64,000 nucleotides of DNA from a bacterium. GTDB taxonomy: Bacteria > Electryoneota > Electryoneia > Electryoneales > Electryoneaceae. Below are positions 38,988-49,142 of the stretch, in pieces. The position numbers and the translations under genes were made by a program. A model generated the notes under the pieces. That model was given only the letters and a program-made list of their open reading frames with translations, did not search any database and had not been told where the DNA came from. How positions within the stretch are numbered: position 1 is the stretch's first letter; every line of letters begins with the position of its first letter. The DNA lies in contig CAXXKJ010000002.1 in NCBI GenBank assembly GCA_963675295.2, forward strand, positions 3,584,001-3,648,000, written 5' to 3'.

Positions 38988-39193
38988 ACTACACCGTCAT
39001 CATTGAACGTGGAGATACCTCGTGGGGCGCGTGGGTGCCGGATTTACCTGGCTGCACGGCTGTTGCCCAGACACGAGAAGAGGTTGTCACGTTAATCCAG
39101 GAAGCGATTGAGTTTCATCTGGAGGGGTTGCATGAAGATGGTGACCCCGTACCGGAGCCGCGATCCGAAAGCCTGAAAATTCACGTCGCTTGA
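38984..39193 (+). CDS. hicB: HicB antitoxin (short form)
   Basis: VPDLPGC...TREE...EAIEFHLEGL...PVPEP; ATGA overlap. Confidence 0.92.
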   Translation: MNYTVIIERGDTSWGAWVPDLPGCTAVAQTREEVVTLIQEAIEFHLEGLHEDGDPVPEPRSESLKIHVA

Positions 39194-39303
39194 TCGTACG
39201 ATAGAGTGACGCCGTTCTGTTTAGCGACCCTGCCGAAAAAGGCACGGTCGTTTTTGTTTTGCACATTGCTCACAGCTCATTGCTCACAGCTTATCGCTCA
39301 CGA

Positions 39304-39777
39304 CTACCCATACATCGGCGGGTCGCGGCGGGAATCCTCGGGCAGAATGCGGGTGAGGGTCAGGGTCAGGGTGCCGTCGTCTGTGAGCTCACCTTCGACG
39401 TCATCCATGGACTCGTTGGCGAAGTCGAGGCTTTCGAGTTCGAGCGAACGGGCGGTCATGCCATGCGGACGGAAGGTTCCGGTCGCGGCGTCGGCGGGGA
39501 TGTCGTCCAGGTGGCATTTGATGCTGAATTGCACCCGGTTGGCGAGCACGACCATGTCGACACGGAAGGTTGATTCGCCGTCTTCGTGCAGCAGGCCCTC
39601 GATCACTTCCTCGCAGACACCGAGCACCGAGACGATGATCCGTTCCAGCTCGAACGCATCAGTGCGCAAGCGGCGCAGGGTGACATCGACCTTTTCCGCG
39701 ATCATGCCGAGGAAGGACGTGTCGGCGGGGTATTCGAGCCCCCAGCGGATGGAGAAAACGTTACGGTTCTGGCCCAT
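39304..39777 (-). CDS. Hypothetical protein, weakly anti-sigma-factor (RsbW/HATPase)-like
   Basis: Start MGQNRN; overall layout resembles RsbW but the N-box is not evident. Confidence 0.5.
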   Translation of the reverse strand: MGQNRNVFSIRWGLEYPADTSFLGMIAEKVDVTLRRLRTDAFELERIIVSVLGVCEEVIEGLLHEDGESTFRVDMVVLANRVQFSIKCHLDDIPADAATGTFRPHGMTARSLELESLDFANESMDDVEGELTDDGTLTLTLTRILPEDSRRDPPMYG

Positions 39778-39934
39778 GGATGATGGTGCTCGGTAAACGG
39801 TTGTCGGTAAACGGTTGTCGGTTGCCGGTAATCGGTGGCCGGTCATCGCTATTTGTACTGCCGCAGTCCGTCGCCCGCCGTCCGCAGCCTGAATGCAGTC
39901 ACTGACACCTGACGACTGAGCACTGAGCACTGTC

Positions 39935-40585
39935 TTACAGAATCCCCATCGAACGCAGGAAACCGGCGTCGAGGTAGGGGTTGGAACGGCCTTCCTCGCG
40001 GATCGTGGTTGACGGGCCGTGACCGGGATGCACCTTCGTCTCGCCGGGCAGCGCCAGCAGTTTGCTGCGGATGCCGTCAATCAGCGCGCGGCCGTCCCCG
40101 CCGGGAAAGTCGAACCGTCCGATCCCGCCCGCGAACAGGGTGTCCCCCGCGAATACGTGGCCGCTGTCGTGGTAAAAGACGACATGCCCGCGTGTGTGGC
40201 CGGGAATATGGATCGTCTTCAGCGTCAGCTCACCCCAGGTCAACGTGTCGCCGTCGTCCACGGTCCGTGTCGGCTCGCCAACATTGAGATCCGCGCCGAA
40301 ATGTACCGCGAGATTCAGTTCCGGATTGGTCAGCATCGGGGCGTCGTCCGGATGGCAGACCACCTCGGCGTCCGAGTAGCGTTGACGCAGCTCCGCGACC
40401 GCGCCGATGTGGTCGGCGTGGCCATGCGTGATCAGGATCGCGGCGGGTTCGATCTTCCACGTGTCGAACGTGTGGATGAAGCGTTCCGCTTCGGCGCCGG
40501 GATCGACGATCACGGCGTCATCGCCCACACGCGCGATGAACGCGTTGGTTTCCAGATCCCCCACGGTCAGACGAACGATGTCCAT
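39935..40585 (-). CDS. MBL-fold metallohydrolase (glyoxalase II/YcbL-like)
   Basis: THGHADHIG, PGHT, GDTLF, PGHGP. Confidence 0.93.
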   Translation of the reverse strand: MDIVRLTVGDLETNAFIARVGDDAVIVDPGAEAERFIHTFDTWKIEPAAILITHGHADHIGAVAELRQRYSDAEVVCHPDDAPMLTNPELNLAVHFGADLNVGEPTRTVDDGDTLTWGELTLKTIHIPGHTRGHVVFYHDSGHVFAGDTLFAGGIGRFDFPGGDGRALIDGIRSKLLALPGETKVHPGHGPSTTIREEGRSNPYLDAGFLRSMGIL

Positions 40586-40677
40586 GACAACCTCAAAGCG
40601 TGCGGCAAAGAAAAACATCGGCCATGCTTTCGCATAACCGATGTTACAAACTGGTCACGGATCAGCCAACCGGCTGC

Positions 40678-42306
40678 TTACAGCTCACGGAGATACTGCT
40701 CCACGAACTCGTTCGGACGGGATGCCTTGCCGGTCGCGTTGAGCATCAATTCGTTGTACTCCCACAGGGCACCGTGCTTGAAGATCTGTTCCTTGAACCA
40801 CTCGCCGATGTGGGCGTCATCCATCCACAGCACCGGTTCCTCGAAGTTGAATTGGTTGATCATCGCGGACGCGAACTGCGAGGCGTGCCACTCGCCGAGG
40901 ATGTAGTTGTGTGACTGCACCGGATCCAGCAGCAGCGTCGGGTGCAGTACCCAATCCGCCATCTCCTCACGTCCCGCGGGACGCCGGAGCAGCTGGAAGC
41001 GTTCGACAAGGTCCCACCAGCGGTTCTGCTGGTTCTGGTCGGGATCACGGTACAAACCACGTTCGAAGTGGATCAGCACCATCCGCCAGCGGCCTTCGAT
41101 AATCTGCTGATAGCGAAGTTCGATCGGCAATTTCTTGTCGAGGCCGCGAATCTGGCTGCCGCGAAGCTCGAACATGTTGAGCAACCACTCGAAATCGGTC
41201 GCGCGGCGTGCGAAGAAACGGCCCACGCCTTCCAGTACGCTCGGGTGCGCGGGTTTGCGCAAGGTGTGCGGCAGGTGCTTGTCGATCCGGGCGGTGAAAC
41301 TCGCCTTGCCGAACACACGCAGAATCTCTTCTGCGCTTTCCTTGTTCGGCGCCGGGGACAGCAGCATGCGGAATCCACCGGACCGGTCGAGGTCGGTAAA
41401 CTCCATCTTCGGGTGGACACTGGTCTGCGTGATCGTGTCGTCCTTGAGGATGCGTTCGGTGGGCAGGCCGACGCCGTCAAAGTACTTCGTCGCCCATTCG
41501 AACGGGTCCTTCTCGGCGTACAACGAATCCACGTTGGTCTCAAACACGCCCGGTACTTTCGCGAAGTACGGATCGGAACAGTACCACGGTTCAAGGTTGA
41601 TGGCATCCACGTGGAACTTGTCGGAGAGCAGGCGGTCGAGCTGCGCCTTCATCCGGCGGTATGGCTCCTCCGTGGCGGCGGCGAAGCTGCTGAGCGCGCT
41701 GAACATGCGCGTCTCGTTAATCTCCTGCAGCTCCATGTTCATCCGGTAGAAATCCGGGAATCCGATGGAACGTGCGGCGACATTGCGCGCTTTCGCCAAC
41801 TCAACGATGCTCGGCACCAGCTCGGGGCCGAACGTTTTGCCCGCTTCCCACGCCTGCTTGCGCGCTTCGATGTCGTCACTCTTGGACATCACCCGCTGCA
41901 CCTCGGCCATGGTCGACCGCTGACCATCAAGCTCCGGACGGAAATTGCGGATCTTGGCCTCGAGCGCCTTCTCTTTCGAGACGATGGCGTCATGCACCTC
42001 TTCCGGGTACATGTTCGGCGCCATTTCGAAGCGCATGAGGGTGGCCCAACGGCGCAGCAGGACATCCTGAACGCCTGGATCGGAAAGACGTTCACCGATT
42101 TCGTCAAACAGCTGACGGTCGCCCAGTTCCTTGCGGTAGGCGAGTTCGGCCTCCTGACTCCTGGCCATGGTCTCGTCATCCGGCGACTGCATGGCCTGCC
42201 AGTTTGCCGTGATGCGGCTTACCCGAATCGGGGTGAAACGTTTTTCCGTGGATTCGAGAATATCTCTGAGAGCGCTTTCGACTTCCGGGTTTCCGGTCAC
42301 CGACAT
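40678..42306 (-). CDS. M2/M3-like gluzincin homologue lacking HEXXH
   Basis: RKQAWEA, ARNVAARSIGF.DFY, LRKPAH...EG, HFERGLY, RWWDLVER.Q, HNYILG. Confidence 0.75.
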   Translation of the reverse strand: MSVTGNPEVESALRDILESTEKRFTPIRVSRITANWQAMQSPDDETMARSQEAELAYRKELGDRQLFDEIGERLSDPGVQDVLLRRWATLMRFEMAPNMYPEEVHDAIVSKEKALEAKIRNFRPELDGQRSTMAEVQRVMSKSDDIEARKQAWEAGKTFGPELVPSIVELAKARNVAARSIGFPDFYRMNMELQEINETRMFSALSSFAAATEEPYRRMKAQLDRLLSDKFHVDAINLEPWYCSDPYFAKVPGVFETNVDSLYAEKDPFEWATKYFDGVGLPTERILKDDTITQTSVHPKMEFTDLDRSGGFRMLLSPAPNKESAEEILRVFGKASFTARIDKHLPHTLRKPAHPSVLEGVGRFFARRATDFEWLLNMFELRGSQIRGLDKKLPIELRYQQIIEGRWRMVLIHFERGLYRDPDQNQQNRWWDLVERFQLLRRPAGREEMADWVLHPTLLLDPVQSHNYILGEWHASQFASAMINQFNFEEPVLWMDDAHIGEWFKEQIFKHGALWEYNELMLNATGKASRPNEFVEQYLREL

Positions 42307-42491
42307 TCTCCTGCTTGGGAAGCTGATGCGGACAAGATGTTTCGCGGACGGGATTTCTCACTCATCCCCGTACAGCCCGGGAAGGTACGTTTGCACGAGG
42401 TTCCAGCGCAAACCTCATTTTCCACTCATCGTTCCTCCCCTCTCAAGGCCAGTGAGAGCGAATATGCTTTGGATGTGTTACCTTTTTCACC

Positions 42492-43217
42492 ATGGCGCAA
42501 CTTGAAGTGTACCGCATCGAACGCGACCAGCTGGATGAAGCCGCCGGAACCGCTGTACTTACTGGCGATGAGGCGCATCACCTGCTCCGGGTCCGGCGTG
42601 CAAATCCCGGCGACCGGGTGATGCTGATCGACGGACTCGGGACCGCATGGTCTGCCGAGCTGCGTGAGGTGGACGGAAAAACTGCGCTCTTCTCAGTGGA
42701 CGAACGATTCGATTCCTGGCGTGAGCCGCCGGTTCAGGTGCATCTAGGGTTGGCGACTCTGAAAGGCGACCACTGGTTTTCGGCGTTGGACGGCTGCGTG
42801 CAAGCTGGAGTCCACGAAGTGACACCGCTGACCTGCGAACGATCCATCGCTGGCTGGAAGGACAACAAAGCGGTGCGGGCGGAGCGTCGCTCGCTCGAGG
42901 CAGCGAAACAGTGTGGGCGTGGCAGCGTGCCTCCGGTACACCCGGTACAACCCCTCGCAGCGTGGTGCATCCAAGTTGCAGACGCAACGCACAAGCTGAT
43001 CGCCGAGCCGGGCGGCGAACCGCTGCCCGTGTTGAACCGAGGTGAGACCGCGGCAATCGCGATCGGCCCGGAAGGCGGATTCACCGACGCAGAACTGGAA
43101 CAGTTCGCTGAGCACGGCTTCAGCCGGGTGGATCTGGGGCCGCGACGGTTCCGGGCGGAAATGGCGGCGATGGTGAGTGTTGCACGGCTGGTTGGCCAGG
43201 CTGAATCAGCCACGTGA
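42492..43217 (+). CDS. rsmE: 16S rRNA m3U1498 methyltransferase
   Basis: HHLLRVRR, EAAKQCGR, IGPEGGF, LGPRRFRAE. Confidence 0.93.
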   Translation: MAQLEVYRIERDQLDEAAGTAVLTGDEAHHLLRVRRANPGDRVMLIDGLGTAWSAELREVDGKTALFSVDERFDSWREPPVQVHLGLATLKGDHWFSALDGCVQAGVHEVTPLTCERSIAGWKDNKAVRAERRSLEAAKQCGRGSVPPVHPVQPLAAWCIQVADATHKLIAEPGGEPLPVLNRGETAAIAIGPEGGFTDAELEQFAEHGFSRVDLGPRRFRAEMAAMVSVARLVGQAESAT

Positions 43218-43266
43218 GACAGAACCACACATTTTCAAGATAACCTGAAACGAAGAGACGAGACCC

Positions 43267-44238
43267 ATGGCTGACACGCACTACCAGGTGATTATCCTCG
43301 GCAGCGGCCCGGCTGGCTACACGGCCGCGATCTACGCATCCCGCGCCCATTTGAAAGTGTTGCTGCTGGAAGGTTTGAACTCCGGCGGGCAGCTGATGAT
43401 CACCACTGACGTGGAAAACTACCCGGGCTTCCCGGAAGGTGTCACCGGCCCGGACATGATGGCCGACTTCCGCAAGCAGGCGGAACGCTTCGGCACCGAG
43501 ATGGTTGCGATGGACGCGGTCAAGGTTGACCTCACCAGCGGCCGCCCGTTCAAGGTGTGGACCGATGAAACCGAATACACCGCCGACTCGGTGATCATTT
43601 CCACCGGCGCGACCGCACGTTACCTCGGCATCGAGAGCGAAGAGAAGCTGAAGGGCTTCGGCGTCTCGGCGTGCGCAACTTGCGACGGATTCTTCTTCAC
43701 CGGCAAGGAAGTCGCGGTTATCGGTGGTGGCGACACGGCGATGGAAGAAGCGACGTACCTGACGCGTCACTGCACCAAGGTGCACGTGATTCACCGTCGT
43801 GACGAGCTGCGCGCGTCCAAGATCATGCAGAAGCGCGCGTTGAACAACGAAAAGATCGTCATGCACTGGAACATGACGGTTGCCGAGGTGCTTGGCGACA
43901 CCGAAAACGGCGTCACCGGCCTTAAGCTGGAAGACACCGTGACAGGCGAATACAGCGAGCTGCCGGTGGAAGGCATGTTCGTCGCAATCGGCCACAAGCC
44001 GAACACCGAACTGTTTGAAGGCGTGCTCGACCTCGACGAAACCGGCTACATCAAGGCCGTACCGGGCAGCAGCTACACGAACATCGAAGGCGTGTTCGCT
44101 GCGGGCGATGTGCGTGACAGCGTCTACCGCCAGGCGATTACCGCCGCCGGCACCGGTTGCATGGCCGCGATCGACGCCGAACGCTGGCTCGAAGCACAGG
44201 AAGACGCGGAAGAAGTTGAAGCGGTTGAGGCGAAGTAG
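43267..44238 (+). CDS. trxB: Thioredoxin reductase
   Basis: GSGPAG, SACATCDG, GGGDTA.EEA, FAAGDV, RQAITAAG. Confidence 0.97.
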   Translation: MADTHYQVIILGSGPAGYTAAIYASRAHLKVLLLEGLNSGGQLMITTDVENYPGFPEGVTGPDMMADFRKQAERFGTEMVAMDAVKVDLTSGRPFKVWTDETEYTADSVIISTGATARYLGIESEEKLKGFGVSACATCDGFFFTGKEVAVIGGGDTAMEEATYLTRHCTKVHVIHRRDELRASKIMQKRALNNEKIVMHWNMTVAEVLGDTENGVTGLKLEDTVTGEYSELPVEGMFVAIGHKPNTELFEGVLDLDETGYIKAVPGSSYTNIEGVFAAGDVRDSVYRQAITAAGTGCMAAIDAERWLEAQEDAEEVEAVEAK

Positions 44239-44278
44239 AGAGCCTTTGGCGCAGTGTGGCGTACGTGATATAATCAAT

Positions 44279-44309
44279 AACCCGGCTGAGAATCAGCCGG
44301 GTTTTATTT
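44279..44309 (+). terminator. Rho-independent terminator after trxB
   Basis: AACCCGGCTGA-GAA-TCAGCCGGGTT followed by TTATTT. Confidence 0.8.
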
Positions 44310-44415
44310 GGAACGCGATTTTGACATGCCAATCGGGAACGTGACGGTCATCCAGCCGGTTTTCTTGCCATGTTGCGGATGTACATTCGGCAATCACGTG
44401 TGAAGGGGGACCACC

Positions 44416-45789
44416 GTGAACAAACGGCCCGCAGCCAACAGCAACAACACTCTTTCAACCAACAAACTGTACACCATCCTCGAAAGCATTTCGGACGGTG
44501 TGATGGCGGTGGATCTGGACGGACGTGTGGTGTATTTCAACCGCGCGGCAGAACGGATCACTGGGATCGCACGCGCCGAGGCACTGGAAAAACCGTGCCG
44601 GGACGTGATGAACGTGGTCAACCACACCTGCGCGATCGAGGAAACGCTGCGTACCGGCGAGCAAGTGATCAATCGCTACGTCTGCCTGCTTTCGGCTGCC
44701 GGTGAACGAACCCCCATCAGCGTATCGACAGCACTCCTTCGCAACCGGCACAGGGAAGTCACCGGTGCTGTCGAAACCTTCCGGGATCTGACCCAGGTTG
44801 AGGAGCTGCGCAAATCGATCGAGGGTTTGCACTCGTTCAGCAACATGATCGGCCGCAGCAAACCGATGAGCGAGTTGTTTGAGACCCTCCCACTGATCGC
44901 CGCCAGTGATTCCAACGTGCTGATCCGTGGCGAAAACGGGACCGGCAAGGAGCTGGTCGCGCGCGCGATCCATGCTCACAGTACGCGCTGTGACAAACCG
45001 ATGGTTTCGGTCAATGTGGCGGCAATTCCGGAAACGTTGCTCGAATCCGAATTATTCGGTCACACCGCCGGTGCGTTCACCGGCGCGCGTTCCGCCCACA
45101 TGGGTCGTTTCGAACGCGCGGATGGCGGCACGTTGTTTCTCGACGAAATCGGCGACTTGTCGGTTACATTGCAGGTCAAGCTGCTGCGCGCATTGCAGGA
45201 AGGTGAAATCGAACCGGTAGGCGCTGAAGGTCCACGCAAGGTGGATGTCCGAGTCGTCGCGGCAACCAACAGCGACCTGCCGCGCATGATCGAGGAAAAC
45301 ACATTCCGGCGTGACCTGTATTACCGGTTGAATGTGGTTGAGCTGTGTGTGCCGCGGTTGCGTGACCGTCCCGAGGACATCCCGTTGCTCATCGACCACT
45401 TCATCGGTCGCTTCAACCAGTTAAAGTCGAAGGACATCTCCGGCATTCATCCGAACGCGATGCATACCCTGCTGAACCACGAGTACCCGGGCAATGTCCG
45501 TGAGCTGGAGAATATCATCGAACATGCCTTCGTGCTCTGCCCGGGCGGAATCATCCGTCCTGAACATCTGCCTCGCTCGCTGCGCGGGGTTACTCCTACT
45601 CCGGTGGTGCAGGTTTCCGGCACCCTGGAACAGATGGAAATCCTCACCATCACCGCAGCGCTGAAACGCAACAGCTTCAAACGCAAGGAAACGGCTGCCG
45701 AGCTGGGCATTGACCCCTCTACCCTGTACCGCAAGATTCGCAAACACAAGATCATCATTCCCGAGAGCACCGAGACATCGACAGGCTGA
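44416..45789 (+). CDS. PAS-domain sigma54-dependent transcriptional activator (Fis HTH)
   Basis: PAS N-terminus; [36 protein letters not shown]; [17 protein letters not shown]. Confidence 0.95.
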   Translation: MNKRPAANSNNTLSTNKLYTILESISDGVMAVDLDGRVVYFNRAAERITGIARAEALEKPCRDVMNVVNHTCAIEETLRTGEQVINRYVCLLSAAGERTPISVSTALLRNRHREVTGAVETFRDLTQVEELRKSIEGLHSFSNMIGRSKPMSELFETLPLIAASDSNVLIRGENGTGKELVARAIHAHSTRCDKPMVSVNVAAIPETLLESELFGHTAGAFTGARSAHMGRFERADGGTLFLDEIGDLSVTLQVKLLRALQEGEIEPVGAEGPRKVDVRVVAATNSDLPRMIEENTFRRDLYYRLNVVELCVPRLRDRPEDIPLLIDHFIGRFNQLKSKDISGIHPNAMHTLLNHEYPGNVRELENIIEHAFVLCPGGIIRPEHLPRSLRGVTPTPVVQVSGTLEQMEILTITAALKRNSFKRKETAAELGIDPSTLYRKIRKHKIIIPESTETSTG

Positions 45790-45801
45790 TGCGATTTCCG
45801 G

Positions 45802-45944
45802 CGTGCAAAATGAACGGTAGCACACCAATCATCGTGCATTTTGCGCGACGCTTTTCGAAACCTGACTAGCCGATCTGGTAATTCATGATATCGTAATGAA
45901 TTACCACGATACGCTGAGCCTCCGAACTTTCGTGCAATTTGCAA
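45802..45944. promoter_or_regulatory. Putative enhancer (UAS) sites CGTGCA-WWW-TGcacg, three copies
   Basis: CGTGCAAAATGAACG (45802), CGTGCATTTTGCGCG (45833), CGTGCAATTTGCAA (45931). Confidence 0.55.
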
Positions 45945-46058
45945 TCCAATCCGTTCAGTAATGTCGATTCCTGCTCGGACGAAGCTATCTCACTGCATTA
46001 AATACCTATTAATTATTGATTTACTTTCACATCTCCTTCCCTTTCCCACTTTCCGAAC

Positions 46059-46073
46059 TGGCACACCTCTTGT
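46059..46073 (+). promoter_or_regulatory. Sigma54 -24/-12 promoter
   Basis: TGGCAC-ACCTC-TTGT, close to the TGGCAC-N5-TTGC consensus, ~40 bp before the next start. Confidence 0.7.
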
Positions 46074-46114
46074 AGTACCTCGGGTAAAACACAAACTCAA
46101 CGTTGGAGGACAAC

Positions 46115-46495
46115 ATGATCGGCCTGGATCGATTGATGAAACAGCCCGGGGTTGTTGCCGCCGGCCAGTTCGACGACAAGGGTAATATCGTGCGCAGCGT
46201 GGGCGAGTTCCCGAAAGGCGCGATGGAGCAGATCGCACACATCTGCAAGCGTGACCAGAAAATGATGCGCCGCACCGCCGCGATGCTGCAAGATGCCAGT
46301 GATCTGGCCTGGTTGCCGATGAATGGCTGGATGATGTGGGGTGGGAACTACGCGCTCTGCATTGTGCAGTCGACGGGTGTGATCGTGGACGCGGCACGAG
46401 CCGACTTCAACCAGTTGATGGTTGATCTGTTCCTGCCCGAACCCACAGGTGCCAAACCCCACGGCTGGGAAAAATCGGTCAGTGCAACGTCCTGA
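46115..46495 (+). CDS. DUF2173-like protein
   Basis: LDRLMKQPGVVAAGQF..KG, W.PMNGW...GG.Y..C, ADFNQL; GGAGG RBS. Confidence 0.7.
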   Translation: MIGLDRLMKQPGVVAAGQFDDKGNIVRSVGEFPKGAMEQIAHICKRDQKMMRRTAAMLQDASDLAWLPMNGWMMWGGNYALCIVQSTGVIVDAARADFNQLMVDLFLPEPTGAKPHGWEKSVSATS

Positions 46496-46525
46496 GAACG
46501 GGACATTTTACACGAGAGGTGACAC

Positions 46526-46714
46526 ATGGAAGCGGAAAAGAAAGAAAAGAAGCTGGGCAAGGGCGTGCGTCACGACAGCGCCCGCCCGATGCAGTGCTAC
46601 ATGGACCCGGAAGGTGTCCTGTGGTTGTGTGACAAGCCGATTGATCCGGCCAAGCCGATGAAGGACCAGGCGTGCTGGCGTTCTGACGAGGTTTACTTCA
46701 CCCGCGTGAATTGA
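46526..46714 (+). CDS. 62-aa Cys-containing hypothetical protein
   Basis: GAGGTG RBS; QCY...WLCDK...ACW. Confidence 0.65.
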   Translation: MEAEKKEKKLGKGVRHDSARPMQCYMDPEGVLWLCDKPIDPAKPMKDQACWRSDEVYFTRVN

Positions 46715-46838
46715 CGTCCGTCCGATCCATCCGGCAAGACCTTGTTCTTATTCAAGCACCCTCACGCTCGCGTGCACGGAACTTGACAGCCGTTGAATTC
46801 CGTGCACTGCTGCTGCCGTGAATTGGGCATAAGAAACG

Positions 46839-47870
46839 ATGGTTGCGCCCATGCGTGACGTGATCCTGACATCGTTGATGATAACCAGCTTCATCTTCAT
46901 GATGATGCTGGTTATCGAATACTTGAATGTGCTTTCGCAGGGATCCTGGCAGAACCTGCTCCGTTCGAACCGTTTCAGCCAGTACCTTTTTGGCGCGGTT
47001 CTGGGCTCGATTCCCGGGTGCCTCGGTGCATTTGCAGCGGTATCTCTGTATTCCCACGGTAGTATCACCCTTGGAGCCCTTGTCACCGTCATGATTGCCA
47101 CCAGTGGGGATGAAGCGTTCTACATGCTGGCGACCGTTCCATCAACCTTCGTTCTGCTCACCACGCTCCTCATCGTCATTGGCATTGCAGCCGGGTTCCT
47201 GACCGATCTCCTGGTAACGCGAAGGGGCAGCCATCGGTCACATGCCTGCGATGAACTGGTGATTCATGAAACCGAATCGTGTGTTTGTTACTCCCGTGGC
47301 GCGTTCGCCCGGAACCTCAAACATCTGACCCCCTCTCGCGGCATGTTGCTGACCACTCTGGTGATCATTCTGGTACTACTCACCGTGGGAATCATCGGAC
47401 CGAAAACGTGGAACTGGGTTCGTGTCACGCTGCTGCTCGTCTCTGTCGCCGGATTGTTTATTGTAACGACGGTTCCCGAACACTTTCTAGAAGCGCATTT
47501 ATGGAATCATGTGGCGAAGAAACACATCCCAACTGTTTTCATCTGGACCTTCGGAACACTTCTCGCCATTCAAATTCTGCAGCATATTGTCGAACTTGAA
47601 ACGATGGTGCATGAAGGACGATTGCTCATCCTGATCGCTGCGGTCATTGTGGGAGTTATTCCGGAATCCGGTCCTCATCTGCTTTTTGTTACCATGTATA
47701 CACAGGGTATGCTCCCATTCAGCATCCTGATGGCCAATTCCATCGTGCAAGATGGCCACGGTATGCTCCCGCTGCTTGCCCACTCAAGAAAGGACTTTGT
47801 GGCAATCAAAGGTATCAACCTGGGGACGGGTTTCCTGATCGGTGTGATCGGGTACTTCATGGGGTGGTAA
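46839..47870 (+). CDS. Putative manganese/metal permease (DUF2899/ArsP_2-like)
   Basis: Multi-TM; IPGCLGAF, IATSGDEAF, IPESGPHL, SIVQDGHGMLPLL; His/Cys-rich loop. Confidence 0.8.
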   Translation: MVAPMRDVILTSLMITSFIFMMMLVIEYLNVLSQGSWQNLLRSNRFSQYLFGAVLGSIPGCLGAFAAVSLYSHGSITLGALVTVMIATSGDEAFYMLATVPSTFVLLTTLLIVIGIAAGFLTDLLVTRRGSHRSHACDELVIHETESCVCYSRGAFARNLKHLTPSRGMLLTTLVIILVLLTVGIIGPKTWNWVRVTLLLVSVAGLFIVTTVPEHFLEAHLWNHVAKKHIPTVFIWTFGTLLAIQILQHIVELETMVHEGRLLILIAAVIVGVIPESGPHLLFVTMYTQGMLPFSILMANSIVQDGHGMLPLLAHSRKDFVAIKGINLGTGFLIGVIGYFMGW

Positions 47871-47939
47871 CGTGATTTTAACATTCTGATATGGAAAGAT
47901 AATACAATACGAACGCTTACAGTTTCACTGGAGGTTGTC

Positions 47940-48260
47940 ATGAAAGAGCTGACAATTGATACATCTGCGATGGCATGGGAGGTTGCTGACGGGTACCCGG
48001 AAGGTGCCATGCAGAGAGTGTTGGATGAAGGTTCCGATTCATCACCTCGCTCGATTCTCCTGCGAATTGAACCGGGTTGGGCTATGACGGAACACTCGCA
48101 CGTGTTTACTGAACTTCATTACGTGTTGGAGGGTGAATACGAGAGCGATGGAGAAGTTCATCAAGCGGGGACATTCCGGCTGATCCCCCGCCACACAAAC
48201 CACGGCCCGTTTTCAACCTCAACGGGTGCCGTCATCCTGATTGTGTGGATCAAGGACTGA
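47940..48260 (+). CDS. Cupin-domain protein (ChrR-like)
   Basis: EHSH...ELHYVLEG...G...P...HGP. Confidence 0.8.
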   Translation: MKELTIDTSAMAWEVADGYPEGAMQRVLDEGSDSSPRSILLRIEPGWAMTEHSHVFTELHYVLEGEYESDGEVHQAGTFRLIPRHTNHGPFSTSTGAVILIVWIKD

Positions 48261-48287
48261 ACTGGAAGCGACATACAGTGATCCAGG

Positions 48288-48322
48288 AATGCCCGCGCCA
48301 TGCTTGTGACGCGGGCATTTTC
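48288..48322. terminator. Terminator between convergent genes
   Basis: AATGCCCGCG...CGCGGGCATTTT. Confidence 0.7.
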
Positions 48323-48359
48323 AGCAGCGGTTAGCAACAGCAGGCAGCGTTGTCAGCGT

Positions 48360-49142
48360 TTATAACACATCGATCATCGGTTCGGGTAAAGCGGCCAGCA
48401 GGAACATGGTGTAGATCCCGATCAGCGTGATGATCGCTCCACCGACCAGCAGCAGCGCCAGTCCGAGCCAGTTGCGCTCGCCGTCCCGGACGACGACCGT
48501 CTTCGCGACCATGTCAAATGCGCGTTGCCGGTTCGGGGTGAACGGGATGAACAAGGCATCCAGCGCGAGGATGTCGAAATAGTACGATAGCCGCCGCACC
48601 AGCGCCGTGCCGAGATGGATTGGCGACCCGTCCTCTTTCAGCACCCGCATGCCGAGCATCCGCTTGCCGACCGTCCAGCCGAACACCGATTCCATCACCG
48701 GGAAATAGAGCAACGCGATGCCGGTTGCGGTTAACGCGGTCAACGAAATCAGCACCAACTCGAACGCGTTGATGTGCACCTGTGGCGGAGCAACCCCACC
48801 CCAGTTGAACGAGAAGAACACGTCCGGATCGGCCAGCCCCATCGGCACCACCAGCAGCAGAAACACACCAGGGAAGATGAACATCGTCGACAGGGCGGCG
48901 TCCAGCATGAACGCGACAAACCGCTCGAGGATGTTCGCATACTTGAGTGGACGCGATTGCATGAATTCGGCAGCCACCTGGCGCGGTGGGCCGAGTTTGG
49001 TCGCGATCTCGTCCTCACTGAGCCCCGCTTCCTGCATCGCCATCACCTGCTCGCGCAGGTCGGTAAGAAATCGATCTTTATCGGCACTCTTGGCCGCGAG
49101 GTGCATGCGCACGTCTCGGAAATAATGTTCAAGCCTGCTCAT
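48360..49142 (-). CDS. RDD-family membrane protein with N-terminal HAAS-like domain
   Basis: LGPPRQVAAEF; ERFVAFMLD; GWTVGKRMLGMRV; RQRAFDMVAKTVVV. Confidence 0.85.
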   Translation of the reverse strand: MSRLEHYFRDVRMHLAAKSADKDRFLTDLREQVMAMQEAGLSEDEIATKLGPPRQVAAEFMQSRPLKYANILERFVAFMLDAALSTMFIFPGVFLLLVVPMGLADPDVFFSFNWGGVAPPQVHINAFELVLISLTALTATGIALLYFPVMESVFGWTVGKRMLGMRVLKEDGSPIHLGTALVRRLSYYFDILALDALFIPFTPNRQRAFDMVAKTVVVRDGERNWLGLALLLVGGAIITLIGIYTMFLLAALPEPMIDVL

